A stretch of DNA of 64,000 bases from Octopus vulgaris (Eukaryota). The notes beneath the pieces are model-generated. The model was not told where the DNA came from, searched no databases, and was given only the letters and a program-made list of their open reading frames with translations. A program made the position numbers and the translations under genes. The stretch spans positions 10,912,001-10,976,000 of the forward strand of contig OX597826.1 of NCBI GenBank assembly GCA_951406725.2, written 5' to 3'. How positions within the stretch are numbered: position 1 is the stretch's first letter; each line of letters opens with the position of its first letter. This document shows positions 1 to 13,330 of the stretch, piece after piece.

Positions 1-59
1 AGCTATTAAAGTACAAGCAGCACCAAAACAGTTTCCTTAGGATTCTCAGCTCTAGTTCC

Positions 60-300
60 TTGCTTGAAGAAGTCTGAGAGTCACCAACATCAATGAGTTA
101 AATAAACCCCAGGAATGATACTCAGTGGAATGTCTGACTACAGGAATGTTCAAAAGTATTATGCTTCAAAACATATTGGCTCTTAGACTATGCAGTGACT
201 ATATGCGAAAGATTTTGTTCAGCAGAGAATGGTCTGGCAACTTCCAACCTCATGATAGCTCTTTCACAAATGATTCATCCTTTGTGTGAGTATTCTACCC
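60..300 (+). pseudogene. possible hAT/ZBED-type transposase relic
   Basis: Broken frame reads PRNDTQWN..Y.MFKSIM, resembling the hAT 'TRWNS.Y.M..IL' motif. Multiple stops; a single motif only. Confidence 0.2.
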
Positions 301-629
301 ACATTCAAGTTTACTTGATATGTAGTATATGATATAATTATAAACGGGGCAAACTTTAGCCATTTCTCTGCAGACTGAAAAAAATAATGAACAACATTAA
401 TCGATTTTTTAACCTTATGGCAGAACTCAATATCCAATGGAAGATTTTTTTTCAATTTCACTTGGTCTGATGAGTCTTGTCACGCACAATACATCACCAG
501 TGGTCTCAGTCACTTGTAATCAACTCCACGAGGCCCAACATTCAAAGATCATATTTCACCACCTCATCCCATGTCTTCCTGGGTCAACCTCTTCCACAGG
601 TTCCTACCAATGTATATATATCTTTTATC

Positions 630-990
630 GTTCTTTTACTTGTTTTAGACTGTGGCCATGCTGGGGCACTGCCTCACGGAATTATAGTTGAATGAATCGA
701 CTCCAGTACTTTTTTCTTTAAAGCCTGGTATTTATTCTATCAGTCTCTTTTGTCAACTGCTAAGTTTTGGGGATGTAAACACGGTGGGGTAGGGGAACAA
801 ACACAGACATAAAGACACACATACACACACTCACATATGATGGATTTCTTTCAGTTTATCTCAACCAAATCCACTCGTAAGGCTTTGGTTGGCCTAAAGC
901 CACAGTAGAGGCCACTTGCCCAAGGGGCTACGCAGTGGGACTAAACCCCAAACCAGTGATTGGGCAGAAAATTTCTTACCACACATGTGC

Positions 991-992
<2 letters not shown>
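630..992 (-). mobile_element. diverged CORE-type tRNA-derived SINE (family A)
   Basis: Colinear with the intact copies at 2666-3062 and 54600-55020. Confidence 0.8.
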
Positions 993-1035
<43 letters not shown>

Positions 1036-1421
1036 TCAAATATATCAAAGCTACCTTGGATAATGAAATAGCCAACAAAGGAAACCTCTACATAGTTGTT
1101 TGAACTGCTAGAAATTGCAGTCAAATTTTTCTCTAAATCATGCCTTACTATCTTAAAAATAATGTCTAAGACCACACTGAATGACATAGTATTAAACACA
1201 TGAATACCTGAAATTCTTCACTGTAGATGTACTTAATCAAGACCAAACTGGAGCTAAACAACAATGAACCATTAACCTAGACTGAAGGAAAGTTTCCTAG
1301 TATCTACAACTCAGTACTGATATTAAGATGAAGAACACTTTTATTTCACTTTTGGAAGCCATCTTCTATGTTCTAATCTCTCCATCAATATTTGCTAAGA
1401 TTTGAGATTAAATATCTTATA

Positions 1422-1790
1422 CTAGCACTAGGGGGTCTTAGTGCTAGTGATTGCATATACAGCTGTGTGCATGCGCACATACACGCGAGTACTGTCCAAA
1501 TCTCCGACCAATCACATACAGCTAGCTGGCATTCAATTGGCGTATCAAGTTTCGGGCATTTTGATTGGGTTTTGGATAGAAAATTCGACAAAAAAGTCAC
1601 TTCTATTGATTTTTTTAATGGCTTTGCAGGGTGACTGGGGAAATGTAAAGATGTGCACAACCACTCTTGCACGGTTTTGAATGACCATAGAAAGTGCAAC
1701 CCCTCTAACTGAAAAATTGTGGATTTGTATAAAGGACACACACACACACACACAGACAGTCAGACATTTTGCCGTTTATATATATAGAGA
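1422..1790 (-). mobile_element. non-autonomous Helitron
   Basis: Minus strand starts TC(TCTATATATATAAACGGC), ends CTAG, and sits between A and T without a TSD. Second copy at 18468-18840. Confidence 0.85.
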
Positions 1791-2179
1791 TGAGAAGACA
1801 AATTCTGTTGACTCTCTCTTGCAAGAGTGGCTTCCCAACAATGCTCAGCAAACAGATTCTCCTGCAGTTGCTGCAATTGCTTCAACTCTCCTTGTTCTTA
1901 TACAAAATGACATTTTTGCAATATCTCATCTCCTGTAGCATTGCTTTTTTTTCCTTTCTAGATTTGGTGTAGATTTTGTGTGGGTGGTGCAACAGAATGT
2001 CCTTATTAGCTTGGCAGAAGTGGAAGATACATATATTTGCTTAGCTTAAGTTTTAGTGATAAAAAACAAGCCGCTCATTGACAAGATAAAGTGATTAAAC
2101 ATCTTGGTATCATTCCATCCGAGATTACCTCTGATTCTAGGATAAAAAAAACAAAAAAAACTACCTATTTTAAAGTGCA

Positions 2180-2475
2180 TCTCTGTGTGTGTGCGTGTGC
2201 TTGCATGTATGCATGTATATGTTTTCATGCATGCTTATGTGCGTATGTGTTCATGTATGCCTGTGTGTGTGCATGCATGAGTGCATGCACGTGTGTGTGT
2301 GTGTGTGTGTACTTGCATATGTGCATGAGTACATGTGCTTGCATGTGATCATGTGTGCGTGTGTGTACTTACATGCGTTCATGTGTGTGCATGCACGTGC
2401 TTGCATATACGCATGTGTGTGCTTGCATGTGTTCATATGTATGTACGGGTGTGTGTGTGTGTGTGTGTGTGTGTA
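2180..2475. repeat. degenerate (GT)/(GCAT) microsatellite
   Basis: Alternating purine-pyrimidine tract. Confidence 0.9.
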
Positions 2476-2665
2476 TACTTTTATGAAAGAACCTACTGTC
2501 AGTTGACACTCAATACATAAACTTAATGAATAAGACTCTTTGTTTTATTAAACTCATTTAAATTCTTGATTATTTTCAAACATTTATAATTAGAGTAATT
2601 CCTTAGGCAGTGCTCCTGCATGGCCACAGTCCTTGGGCTGAAACTATTTAAAGGATAAAAGTATA

Positions 2666-3062
2666 GGCGTAGGAGTGGCTGTGTGGTAAGTAGCTTGTTT
2701 ACCAACCACATGGTTCCGGCTTCAGTCCCACTGCATGGCACCTTGGGCAAGTGTCTTCTACTATAGCCTCGGGCCGACCAAAGCTTTGTGAGTGGATTTG
2801 GTAGACGGAAATTGAAAGAAGCCCGTCGTATGTATGTATATATATATAGTATGTGTGTTTGTGTGTCTGTGTTTGTCCCCCTAGCATTGCTTGACAACCG
2901 ATGTTGGTGTGTTTACGTCCCCGTCACTTAGCAGTTCGGCAAAAAGAGACCGATAGAATAAGTACTGGGCTTACAAAGAATAAGTCCCGGGGTCGATTTG
3001 CTCGACTAAAGGCGGTGCTCCAGCATGGCCGCAGTCAAATGACTGAAACGAGTAAAAGAAGT
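2666..3062 (+). mobile_element. full-length CORE-type tRNA-derived SINE (family A)
   Basis: A-box TGGCTGTGTGGTAA, B-box-like GCTTCAGTCCC, CORE-like CACCTTGGGCAAGTG, internal TA/GT microsatellite, and tail GGCGGTGCTCCAGCATGGCCGCAGTCAAATGACTGAAAC followed by (GTAAAAGA)n. Confidence 0.9.
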
Positions 3063-3114
3063 AAGTAAGAAAAAGTATATATGTATATATATGAAAAGAC
3101 AAATTCTACCCGAG

Positions 3115-3305
3115 TCAGAAGCCATGATAGATCGTTAGCCACTACACACATTTCTTTTCTGTCCTTGTTTTTTTCTGTGTCCCTTTCTATAGAAGAGCGT
3201 AGGCTCGAAACATAAAAGACTTTTTATATTTCTGAGCGTTATACTAATACATCTGTTTGTTCTGTGCACCACCTGTATTCGTCTTTTGTTTTTTTCGTAA
3301 ACTCT
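3115..3305 (+). mobile_element. Penelope-like LTR fragment with hammerhead-like motif
   Basis: GAAGAGCGTAGGCTCGAAACATAAAAGAC. Homologous copy at 62352-62590. Confidence 0.5.
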
Positions 3306-3329
3306 CGCTATATATATATATATACGTGT

Positions 3330-3553
3330 GTTTGTATATGTTTGTGTGCCTGTGTTTGTCCCCCCAACATCGCTTGACAACCGATGCTGGTGTGTTTACG
3401 TCCCCGTAACTTAGCGGTTCGGCAAAAGAGACCGATAGAATAAGTACTATAGGTTTACAAAGAATAAGTCCTGGGGTCGATTTGCTCAACTAAAGGTGGT
3501 GCTCCAGCAGGGCCACAGTCAAATGACTGAAACCAGTAAAAGAGTAAAAGAGA
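3330..3553 (+). mobile_element. family A SINE, 3' half
   Basis: Matches the body and tail of 2666-3062. Confidence 0.85.
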
Positions 3554-3809
3554 GTATAAGAATACAACGACGACAGGTTTAATGGATTGCCGTTGCTTCT
3601 TCAACGGAAACTTCTCCTGATATTCATCTGATTCATTTAATGTCACTTCTGGGACGCTTTGACCTGAACAATGTCTTCTGAAAGGTGCAAGTGGCTGATC
3701 TGTAATGCCACTTCTTTGCAAGGAAATTGAAAATGTCACCAACAAGTATCTGGGTCTGTGATAAGAGATATTTTCAAGTTCTTCGTAAGATGGTTACTTC
3801 CACATGAAC

Positions 3810-4127
3810 ATTTAATACATTAACATATTCAACATTAAACAGGCATCTCATTAACATATATTACATTAATATGTATCACATTAACATATACTACAATAAC
3901 ATAATTTACTACTTCAATATTTATCACATTAACATAATTTACTACATTAACATTTATCCCATTAACATATACTACATTAACCTATTTTACATAAATACTT
4001 ATCACATTAACATAATTTATAACATTAAAATTTACTACATTAATATATACTGCACTAATATCTACCACATTAGTATAATTTATTACATTAATATTTATCA
4101 CATTAACATATTTGACAATAACATTTA
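3810..4127. repeat. degenerate AT-rich minisatellite (CATTAACATA-like units)
   Basis: Repeated ACATTAACATA/ATTTAT words; the array resumes after the SINE at about 4536-4600. Confidence 0.8.
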
Positions 4128-4535
4128 CTACTCTTTACTCTTTTACTTGTTTCAATCATGTGACTGTGGCCATGCTGGAGCACCGCCTTTAATCGAGCAC
4201 TTCGACCCCAGGACATATTCTTTGTAAGCCTAGTACATATTCTATCATTCTCTTTTACTGAACTGCTAAGTTACAGGGGACGTAAACACACCAGCATCGG
4301 TTGTCAAGCAATGTTGGGGGGACAAACACATACACACAAACATATACACACACATACATATATATATATATGCATATATACGATGGGCTTCTTTCAGTTT
4401 CCGTCTACCAAATCCACTCACAAGGCTTTGGTCGGCCTGAGGCAATAGTAGAAGATGCCCAAGGTGCCACAGAGTGGGACTGAACCCGGAACCATGTGGT
4501 TCATAAGCAAGCTACTTCCCATACAGCCACTCCTA
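4128..4535 (-). mobile_element. family A SINE
   Basis: Full-length reverse-complement copy. Confidence 0.9.
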
Positions 4536-4789
4536 CAACATATACTACATTTATATTTACCACATAATTTATTGCATTAATATTCATCTCATTAACATAT
4601 ATTAGTGACTAATAGTTAGAACAATATATTCAACTGGTTTAGCAAGTCAAAATGTGTTGCAGAACTGGTCTGGCTTCTTACGTTCTGAGTCCTTTATTTC
4701 ATTCACTTTTCTCATGAAGTTCCCCCATCCCTTACAAACTGAGACTGTGCCTACATAAGAAACCAGTTTTACTATGTTAATACAACAAT

Positions 4790-5003
4790 GGTTTCAAATT
4801 TTGGCATGGTCAGCACTTTTGGGGGAGCAGGTAAGAGTTGATTACATTGGCCTCAGTGCTCAACTGGTACTTATTTAAAGATCTCAAAAGGATAAAAAGA
4901 AAATTCGACCTCAGCGGAATTTGAACTTAAAATGTGAAGTCAGATGAAATGTCACTAAGTATTTTGCCCAATGTGCTGGCAATTTGGCCAGCTCACCATC
5001 TTC
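4790..5003 (-). mobile_element. diverged Nin/Deu-domain SINE (family B)
   Basis: Similar to 59055-59287. Confidence 0.7.
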
Positions 5004-5049
5004 CATGTTAATACTATTTATATTAATATGTATTACGTTAACATTTATT

Positions 5050-5608
5050 TATTTTATGCGCCCTTTTAAAGCCTAGCCAGGCTCATGGGCCCAGTTTCCA
5101 GGTTTCTATGGCATATGTGTTCCCCTCCACTACTGGATGGGAAGCCAGTCCATCACAGCGTTACTCAAGAAACAAGAAGAAAGAGTGAGAGAAAGTTGTG
5201 GTGAAAGAGTACAGCAGGGATCGCCACCACCCCCTGCCAGAGCCTCGTGGAGCTTTAGGTGTTTTCGCTCAATAAACACACACAATGCCTGGTCTGGGAA
5301 TCAAAACTGCAATCCTCCGACCGCGAGTCCGCTGCCTTAACCACTGGGCCATTGCACCTCCAAATAAATGCGCCCTTTTAAAGCCTAGTCAGGCTCATGG
5401 GCCCGGTTTCTATGGCATATGTGTTCCCCAGCTGCACGGGATGCCAGTACATCACAGCTTTACTCATTTTTGCCAGCTGAGTGAACTGGAGCAACGAGAA
5501 ATGAACGGTTTTGCTCAAGAACACAACGCGTCGCCCAGTCTAGGAATCGAAACCACAATCTTACAATCATGATGCTGACACCCTAACCACTAAGCCACGC
5601 GCCTCCAC
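5050..5608 (-). mobile_element. two tandem tRNA-derived SINEs (family C; V-like module, shared tail)
   Basis: Heads TGGAGG(T/C)GC..TGGC..AGTGGTTA. GATGGACTGGC..CCATCCAG V-like block. Tail ATGAGCCTG.CTAGGCTTTAAAAGGGCGCAT. Confidence 0.75.
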
Positions 5609-6136
5609 ATTACATTAACATATATATACAAAAATATTTGCCACTGTACACTACATTAACACTTACTATATTCCGCAAACATTCTGTTTAAAAATGATCT
5701 CAATTAAAACCTTCGATCAAATTTTCATTTTAATGTATGTCTCAAACACTTAATAATGACAAAGATACTTTTCTAAATTCTTTATTATTTTCAAAATAAA
5801 TTGAATAAAAGACAGTTTATTTCAACAGAAATATGGTAACTGGAAGAGTTAAACCCTTATTTTAATGCTAGATCTAAATAAGGCTTGGTCCTTCAAGTGA
5901 TGAAAGAAAGAAGAGGGAATGGTAGGAAGAAGAGGAATTAGAGAAATTGCATGTCAGGAAGGGTCACAGAGGAATGTCTGAGGAATGAGGCCAGAAGTAT
6001 GGTGGGTTCAGAATATAGGTGTGCCATGTGCAGCTGCGTCTTGAACGCAATGACCTGAAAAGAATTCTATTTTGGTTAGTCAAAACTGCTACCAAGGTTT
6101 AAATTGTATCACAAACTTAACATTTAAACATAAAAC

Positions 6137-6575
6137 CCTTTAATATTCACATTATTCTGTCAAAAGTAATACTTTGTTTTGAATTAATTATACATTCACT
6201 TATAGCTTTCAGATTTTTATGAGGTAACTCTTTTACTTGTTTCAGTCATGTGATTGTGGCCATGCTGGAGCACCACCTATTAATTTTTAGAATAACAGTG
6301 TAGGGATGGTATGAGAGGCCAGATCTGGACAGTGTGAACCGGGACCATAGCCAGACTTTGGTGTATGGGAATACTTCAGAATATTCTTGGTGGGCACTAA
6401 CTTGTAATAATGCTAAAGCAGAGTCACTAAAGTGTAGAAAATCTCAGGGTTACCATTGAATAGTGTGTGTGTGTGGGGAACAGTGCCATCCAGTGCACCC
6501 CCCCCCCCTTAGCAAACGAGCATGGTATGAACATAAAACAGGAAGAATATTATGGCTGGTTTAAATGTTAAAGGG
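6137..6575. mobile_element. piggyBac-type MITE containing a hAT-like insertion (about 6340-6524, TSD GTGTGAAC/GTATGAAC)
   Basis: CCCTTTAA...TAAAGGG followed by TTAA. Homologous to 13646-13858 and 26409-27023. Confidence 0.7.
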
Positions 6576-6654
6576 TTAAATTCTTCAGGTTCCATTATAT
6601 TAGTCCCTTTGGTATCAAACTGCCTGAGGCTATCCTTCAATACAAACTATGGAA

Positions 6655-6771
6655 GCCTCGTACTTATTCTGTCGGTCGCTTTTGCCGAACCGCTAAGTTA
6701 CGGGAACGTAAACACACCACCATCGGTTGTCAAGAGATGTTGGGGAGACAAACACAGACATACAAACATAT

Positions 6772-6804
<33 letters not shown>

Positions 6805-6972
6805 CATATATACAACGGGCTTCTTTCAGTTTTCATCTACCAAATTCACTCACAAGGCTTTGGTCGGCTCCAGGCTATAGTAGAAGACGCCCAAGGTGCT
6901 ACGCAGTGGGAATGAACCCGGAACCATGTGGTTGGTAAGCAAGCTACTTACCACACAGCCACTCCTGCACCT
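6655..6972 (-). mobile_element. family A SINE (3'-truncated)
   Basis: Colinear reverse copy. Confidence 0.85.
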
Positions 6973-6990
6973 ATATATATATATATATAA

Positions 6991-7240
6991 CATCATCATC
7001 ATCATCATTTAACTTTCACTTTCCATGCTGGCATGGGTTAGACAGTTTGACTGGAACTGGTAAGCCACACCAAGATCCAGCCTGATTTGGCTTCGTTTCT
7101 ACAGCTGGATGCCTTTCCTAATGCCAACCACTCCAAGAGTGTAGTGGGTGCCTTGTATGTGTCACCAGCACGAGGGTGCCATTTATGTGTCACCAGCACA
7201 ACCCACAACTATGACTTCACTTGGCTTGATGAGTCTTCTC
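6991..7240 (-). mobile_element. Meta-domain-like SINE 3' part with (GAT)n tail
   Basis: Reverse complement of GTGGTTGGCATTAGGAAGGGCATCCAGCTGTAGAAA. Related pieces at 7912-8200, 13090-13330, 23330-23470 and 33295-33470. Confidence 0.7.
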
Positions 7241-7247
7241 AAGCACG

Positions 7248-7287
<40 letters not shown>

Positions 7288-7474
7288 CATTTGTTGGCCC
7301 AGGTTACAGTAGAAGACACTTGCCCAAGGTTCCACACAGTGCGACTGCACCCAAAGCGAGCTTCTTAAACACACAGCCACACTGTGGAAAATAAGTTTTA
7401 AAAATTCAAAAGAAACTTACAAAAAATAACATAAATTATAAAATAGTGAAATGTAAAACTACTTTGATCTGCTA

Positions 7475-9320
7475 TAAATGACACATACAAGCCTCCGTGG
7501 AGTGGCTGACATACTCACTACACTTGGGATACGTATTTCGTTTACAAAAGTTGGTGAAAATTTTGTGAAGGAAGATGATGTCATCATCAAATACGAAAAT
7601 GAAAACAAAAATTTTAAGCCTGAATTAGAGGAAGATTTTGCATTTACTGATAAATAAGGAAGATTTTTATATCTTATCTGCCATTTCCACATGGTTCATT
7701 ACAGAGCATTAACTCGAATCAGTGCTATAAAGCAAATCACAAAATCTTTACATATGGTTATCTACCAAAATCAGGCATAGGCAACCTTTTTTGAGGAGTG
7801 GACTACATGCAGCATGATTCTTCATCAGGATGTCCACATTATGTAAAAGAAAAAAAATTAAGGTAATTGTGTCATTTGGAAAGTCCTGTGGGCTACATGT
7901 GAGTTTGCCCAGCATCATCATCATTATTGTTATCTAATGTCCATCTTCCAAGCTGGCATGGGTTGGACGGTTTTGACAGGAGCTGGCAAACCAGAAGACT
8001 GCACCAAGCTTCACTCTCTGTTTTGGCATAGTTTTTTACAGCAGGATGCCCACCACCTTACAGAATGGAACGAGTCCTTTTTATGTGGCACCAACACCAG
8101 AGAGGTCTGCTTTGGTATGGTTTTCATGGCTAGATATCCTCCCTGATACCAACAACTTAACAGAGTGGACTGAGTACTTTACATGTGGCACCAGCACCAA
8201 TCACTAACCTAAGTCATAATTAAAAATAAAGCAAGTTAAATGTGTTAAAATCATGATTAAATAAAATAGTCAACAGACACTGTTGACCAATGTTCAGTAA
8301 GGAATCTGATTCACTGACTGAAGCTAATTTTGTTATGCAATGGAATATTTCTTGTCTTAAATGTTCAAATTTTGAAATTGTTGCAGATCCACTTGGTCTA
8401 TATATATATATATAGGCATAGGAGTGGCTGTGTGGTAAGTAGCTTGTTTACCAGCCACATGGTTCCGGCTTCAGTCCCACTGCATGGCACCTTGGGCAAG
8501 TGTCTTCTACTATAGCCTTGGGCCGACGAAAGCCTTGTGAGTGGATTTGGTAGACGGAAACTGAAAGAAGCCCGTCGTATATATGTATATATATATGTAT
8601 GTATGCGTGTGTGTGTTTGTGTGTCTGTGTTTGTCCCCCTAGCATTGCTTGACAACTGATGCTAATATGTTTATGTCCCCGTTACTTAGCGGTTTGGCAA
8701 AAGAGACCGATAGAATAAGTACTGGGCTTACAAAAAGAACAAGTCTCTCGGGGTCGAGTTGCTCGATTAAAGGCGGTGCTGCAGCATGGCCGCAGTCAAA
8801 TGACTGAAACAAGTAAAAGAGTAAAAGAGTATATAAAAGTGACAAATAGTACAAACAATAGTTTCACACCACACTATACAGCTTATCTCCTGATGAATCT
8901 GTGAAAATACAAAACCACCCACAACTGGTCGTATTGTTCATTATGTTTCCTTTGATGTAATTATGAAAGAGATGTTGAACTTAATCAACTCGTGATATTG
9001 ACATTAAAAACAAGGTTGCGGGAGTGTGAAATCCCGTTGGTGTTGTAATAGATACAACACCAGTAAATGGTGGGAAAAAAATTGCAGAATTAATTGCATT
9101 TATCAAAAAAGACCTCAGCTTACCAGGGTTTCTCCTCGATAATTGTATGAACACCTGGCAAGTCAGATATTTCAAAATAGAAAGTGGATGTAAATTGAAG
9201 AAGATGATAATGATAATATACTTAAATGGAAAAGGCCAAATAAACATTTCACATTAAAGAAATGGAGTTTGAAGTTTAACTCAGTGATATTGTGAGAAGA
9301 TTGTGAACCGGCAGAGCCAT
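7475..9320 (+). pseudogene. possible hATm-like transposase relic fragmented by SINEs
   Basis: Unique islands read SLRGVADILTTLGIRIS..ELEEDFAFTDK and VVIDTTPVNGGKK..AFIKKDLSLPGF, resembling the hATm 'DTT..NTG' catalytic block. Confidence 0.3.
8414..8830 (+). mobile_element. family A SINE
   Basis: Full-length copy. Confidence 0.9.
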
Positions 9321-9327
9321 AAGTCAA

Positions 9328-9720
9328 ACTCTTTTACTTGTTTCAGTCATTTGACTGCAGCCATGCTGGAGCACCGCCTTTAGTTGAGCAAATCGACCCC
9401 AGGACCTAGTCTTTGGAAGCCTAGTACTTATTCTATCGGTCTCTTTTGCCGAACTGCTAAGTTACGGGGACGTAAACACACCAGCATCAGTTGTCAAGCT
9501 ATGTTGTGGGGGACAAACAAAGACAGAAACATATACACACACATATATTTATATACGTATATACGACGGGCTTCTTTCAGTTTCCGTCTACCAAATCCAC
9601 TCACAAAGCTTTGGTCAGCCCGAGGCTATAGTAGAAGGCATTTGCCTAAGGTGCCATGCAGTGGGACCGAACCAGGAACCATGTGGTTGGGAAGCAAGCT
9701 ACTTACCACACAGCCACTCC
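9328..9720 (-). mobile_element. family A SINE
   Basis: Near full-length copy. Degenerate copies follow at 9725-10190. Confidence 0.9.
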
Positions 9721-10249
9721 GACTAGTTTTTATTTTTTACTTGTTTTGGTTGTTGGACTTTGGTCATGTCAGGGCAATGCTATGAAAGGTTTAGTCGACC
9801 CCAGTATTTATTATTTAAGTTTGGTATGTATTGTAGTTGTTTCTGCTGTGAAAATGCTAAGTTATGAGGATGTAAACAAACACCAAATGTCACAAGAATG
9901 TTGGGACCAACACAAAGACACACACAAGTGTGTGTGAGAGCGCGTGTGTATGTGTGTATGGATTCTTTTATTGTTTTACTCGTTTCAGTTATTTGACTGC
10001 CTCCATGCTGGAGCACCAACTTGAAATGTTTTTGTCAAACAATTTGACCTAAGGACTTATTTTTAAGCCTAGTACTTATTCTATCAGGCTCTTTGCCAAA
10101 CTGCAAAATGATAGGGACATACACACACCAAAACCAGTTGTCAAGCAACGATGGAGGGACACACACAGACACTAAACACACACAAACACACATATCATCA
10201 TCATCATCATTTAACATACATTAGCTATACTGGCATGGGCTGGATAGTT

Positions 10250-10646
10250 TGAACAGTCCCCACCAACAGCTATCGGAATCATCTGATTCTGAACTAGGAA
10301 ATACTCACTCTTGGAGTCATTGTCTGAACTGGAAGAAACAACTGGTGAGGTGGTGTAGTTTGACACGACAACTGTCAATTGGATGAAACAGGACATGATG
10401 ACAAAGTTGACGGAGCTGGAGTGGTAGGATGCGACAACCATAAATTCCATGAAACAGGACACGACAATGGAGTTGACAGAGCTGGAGTGACAGGACCAGC
10501 CTCTCATGTTGTAAATATTTGCAAGAAACATCTAATTGTCCTATCAGTTGGCAGGTGGACTGGTACTAACTCAGGTGACAGGATCTAAGTCAGGTGACGT
10601 ATAATAACGTCAACTGATTGCATGTGTGAATTTATGTCAAAAAGGG
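10250..10646 (-). mobile_element. probable piggyBac-like element end with a 66-bp tandem duplication
   Basis: Ends AAAAGGG|TTAA. Duplicated unit ATGAAACAGGAC..GTTGAC.GAGCTGGAGTG at 10383 and 10449. Confidence 0.35.
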
Positions 10647-11464
10647 TTAATTTTAAGTCTAGTGCTTATTCTGTCAGTCTCTTTTGCCAAAGCCACTAAG
10701 TTATGAGAACACAAACAAACCAACACCAATACTCAAGCAGTGGGGAAGGCAGACAAAGACCCACACCCACACACACACACACAGAGTTTCTGTCTACCAA
10801 ATTTACAAATTCATTCACAAGGTATTAGTTGAGCCTGGGGTAATAAATACTTGCCCGAGGTGCACAGCAATAGTACGGAACAGTGATGTACCTGATAGGG
10901 GAACAAGGGAGTGACCACTCCCCACAAGCACATTTTTCAAAATTAACCCCTTTACAACAATTTTATAAAACTCACTTGTATGATAAAAGTAGAATCTCTT
11001 TTTTCTTTTAATCACAAGGCCTTGGAAGAACTCTCTGAAGTCATTACTTTATCTGACCAACCTTCCATGTTTTTTAAGTATCTGCTCAATCTCCTGTGAT
11101 GAGTTGGTGGCCCCTGATGTCTGAAGAACTAAAACAAACCCTGACGTCATCACCTCTTGACTCTGAACAATCCCTTGGGGTTTCATCTTTTTATGCCACA
11201 CCTATATCAGCAGTTATAAGTTTCATACATTAACAACATTGTTAGTGAAACATGAAATTAATGAATGTAAAATAGAATTATGTTTAGTACAACTAATATT
11301 GCATAATATAAGAGAAATTAGTCAAACGTTGTTTGGTATGTGTCACAGTGCCTTTTTTTATGTGCTTAGTCCCCCAACTTTAGAACCCAGCTATGCCTCT
11401 GTACTAAACCCAAAACCCTTTGGTTGTAAAACAAGCTTCGTAACTAGACAACCACATCTATTCT

Positions 11465-11880
11465 CTTTTACTTTTTTACTTGTTTCAGTCATTTGACTGC
11501 GGCCATGCTGGGGCACCGCCTTTAGTCGAGCAAATCGACCTTGGGACTTATTCTTTGTAAGCCCAGTACTTATTCTACCGGTCTCTTTTGCTGAACCGCT
11601 AAGTGACGGGGACGTAAAAACACCAGCATCAGTTGTCAAGCGATGTTGGGGGGACAAACACAGATACACAAACACACACATACACACATATATATATATA
11701 TACATATACATATATACAACAGGCTTCTTTCAGTTTCCGTCTACCAAATCCACTCACAGGGCTTTGCTTGGCCCGAGGCTATAGTAGAAGACACTTGCCC
11801 AAGGTGCCACGCAGTGGGACTGAACTCGGAACCATGTGGTTGGTAAGCAAGCTACTTACCACACAGCCACTCCTGCGCCT
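11465..11880 (-). mobile_element. family A SINE
   Basis: Full-length copy. Confidence 0.9.
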
Positions 11881-12489
11881 ATTATCAATATTTTGACTGA
11901 TCTTGTTACTTGTAATGCAATGATTGAGTGAAACCAACCAGTAGAGAATTAATATTTAGTTTCTGCGTTTTTCATCCTGGGTACCAATCCTATCATGAAA
12001 GTGTGTCGTCCTTCACTCATGATGAGAATTTAAAAAAAACAACAACAACAGCAAAAAATCCGTGTGTTTCCTTTCACACACGAAAAGATTTTTTTTTTTA
12101 AATCCTGCGATAGTTGATATTTTTTCTTTCATCTCCATGAGGTCAACAAAGTAAATATCAGCAATATTGGTTCTATTTAATTAATGACATATCTACACTA
12201 ACTAACTAAAAAGAAAGAAAAAAAATTGGCCTTCAGCCTACAAAGGAAACAAATCTTATTAATGATTGAAGAAGCAGAGCACTAGACTGGATGCTTTACT
12301 ATATCAAGTACAATGCCTTGTTTGTTCCCAATTCAAATCCCATTGGGAGTTATTTTGTTCTCCTCCAGCTGAGAGCCATAAATTAAACAGTATTAATATA
12401 TAAGGACAATTAACTATAGACACCCTTTATAAATATATGACCTTGCATACGAGGAAGAGAAATCTTTGTTGTCATCATTGTGATATTGG

Positions 12490-13330
12490 TGCAGATGTCG
12501 CTGAGTGATTAAGAAGTCTGCTTTCCATCCCTATGGTTTAGGGTTCAATCCCATTCAGCTATAGCCCTAACTGACAAAAGACTTCTGAGAGGATTTGGTA
12601 GATGGAAATGGGAAGAATCCCATTGTTTATGTACATATTGTGTGTATACTCTCTTTTTTCTCTTTACTGTTTTACTTGTTTCAGTCATTTGACTGCGGCC
12701 ATGCTGGAGCACCGCCTTTAATCGAGCAACTCGACCCCGGGACTTATTCTTTTGTAAGCTCAGTACTTATTCTGTTGGTCTCTTTTGTCAAACCGCTAAG
12801 TAACGGGGGACATAAACACACCAGCATCGGTTGTCAAGCAATGCTAGGGGGACAAACACAGACACACAAACACACACATGCATATATATATATATATATA
12901 TATATACGACAGGCTTCTTTCGGTTTCCGTCTACCAAATCCACTCACAAGGCTTTGGTCGGCCCGAGGCTATAGTAGAAGACGCTTGCCCAAGGTGCCAC
13001 GCAGTGGGACTGAACCCGGAACCATGTGGTTAGTAAACATGCTACTTACCACACAGCCACTCCTGCGCCTATATGTGTGTCTCTTGTCTTGGCATTATGG
13101 GGTAGTTGTAAATGAGTGTCGCTGACATATAAGCAGAGTTCCTTGTTTCCAGTCTGCCCTAAAATTATGTCTGGTCATGAGGAAATATTCCCTTGATTGG
13201 AAATAGGGAAGGATTGGCACCAGGAAGGGCTTTCAGTTGCAGAAAATCTACCACAGCAAATTCTGTCTGACCCATGCAAGCTTGTAAAAGTAGATGTTAC
13301 AGTGATGCTAATGATGACAGCGATGATGAC
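12490..13330 (+). mobile_element. old tRNA-head + Meta-tail SINE interrupted by a young family A SINE (12655-13070, minus)
   Basis: Head with GGGTTCAATCCC. The body resumes at about 13071 and runs to GGAAGGGC.TTCAG..GCAGAAAA and (GAT)n. Confidence 0.7.

Noticed and set aside
1791-2010. Possible host exon
   Set aside because: No convincing splice pair or recognisable protein.
2523-2897. Recurrent 'RRASFSFRLPNPLT..' ORF family
   Set aside because: Antisense reading of family A SINEs, not a gene family.
3575-3800. Possible host exon
   Set aside because: No recognisable motif or credible splice sites.
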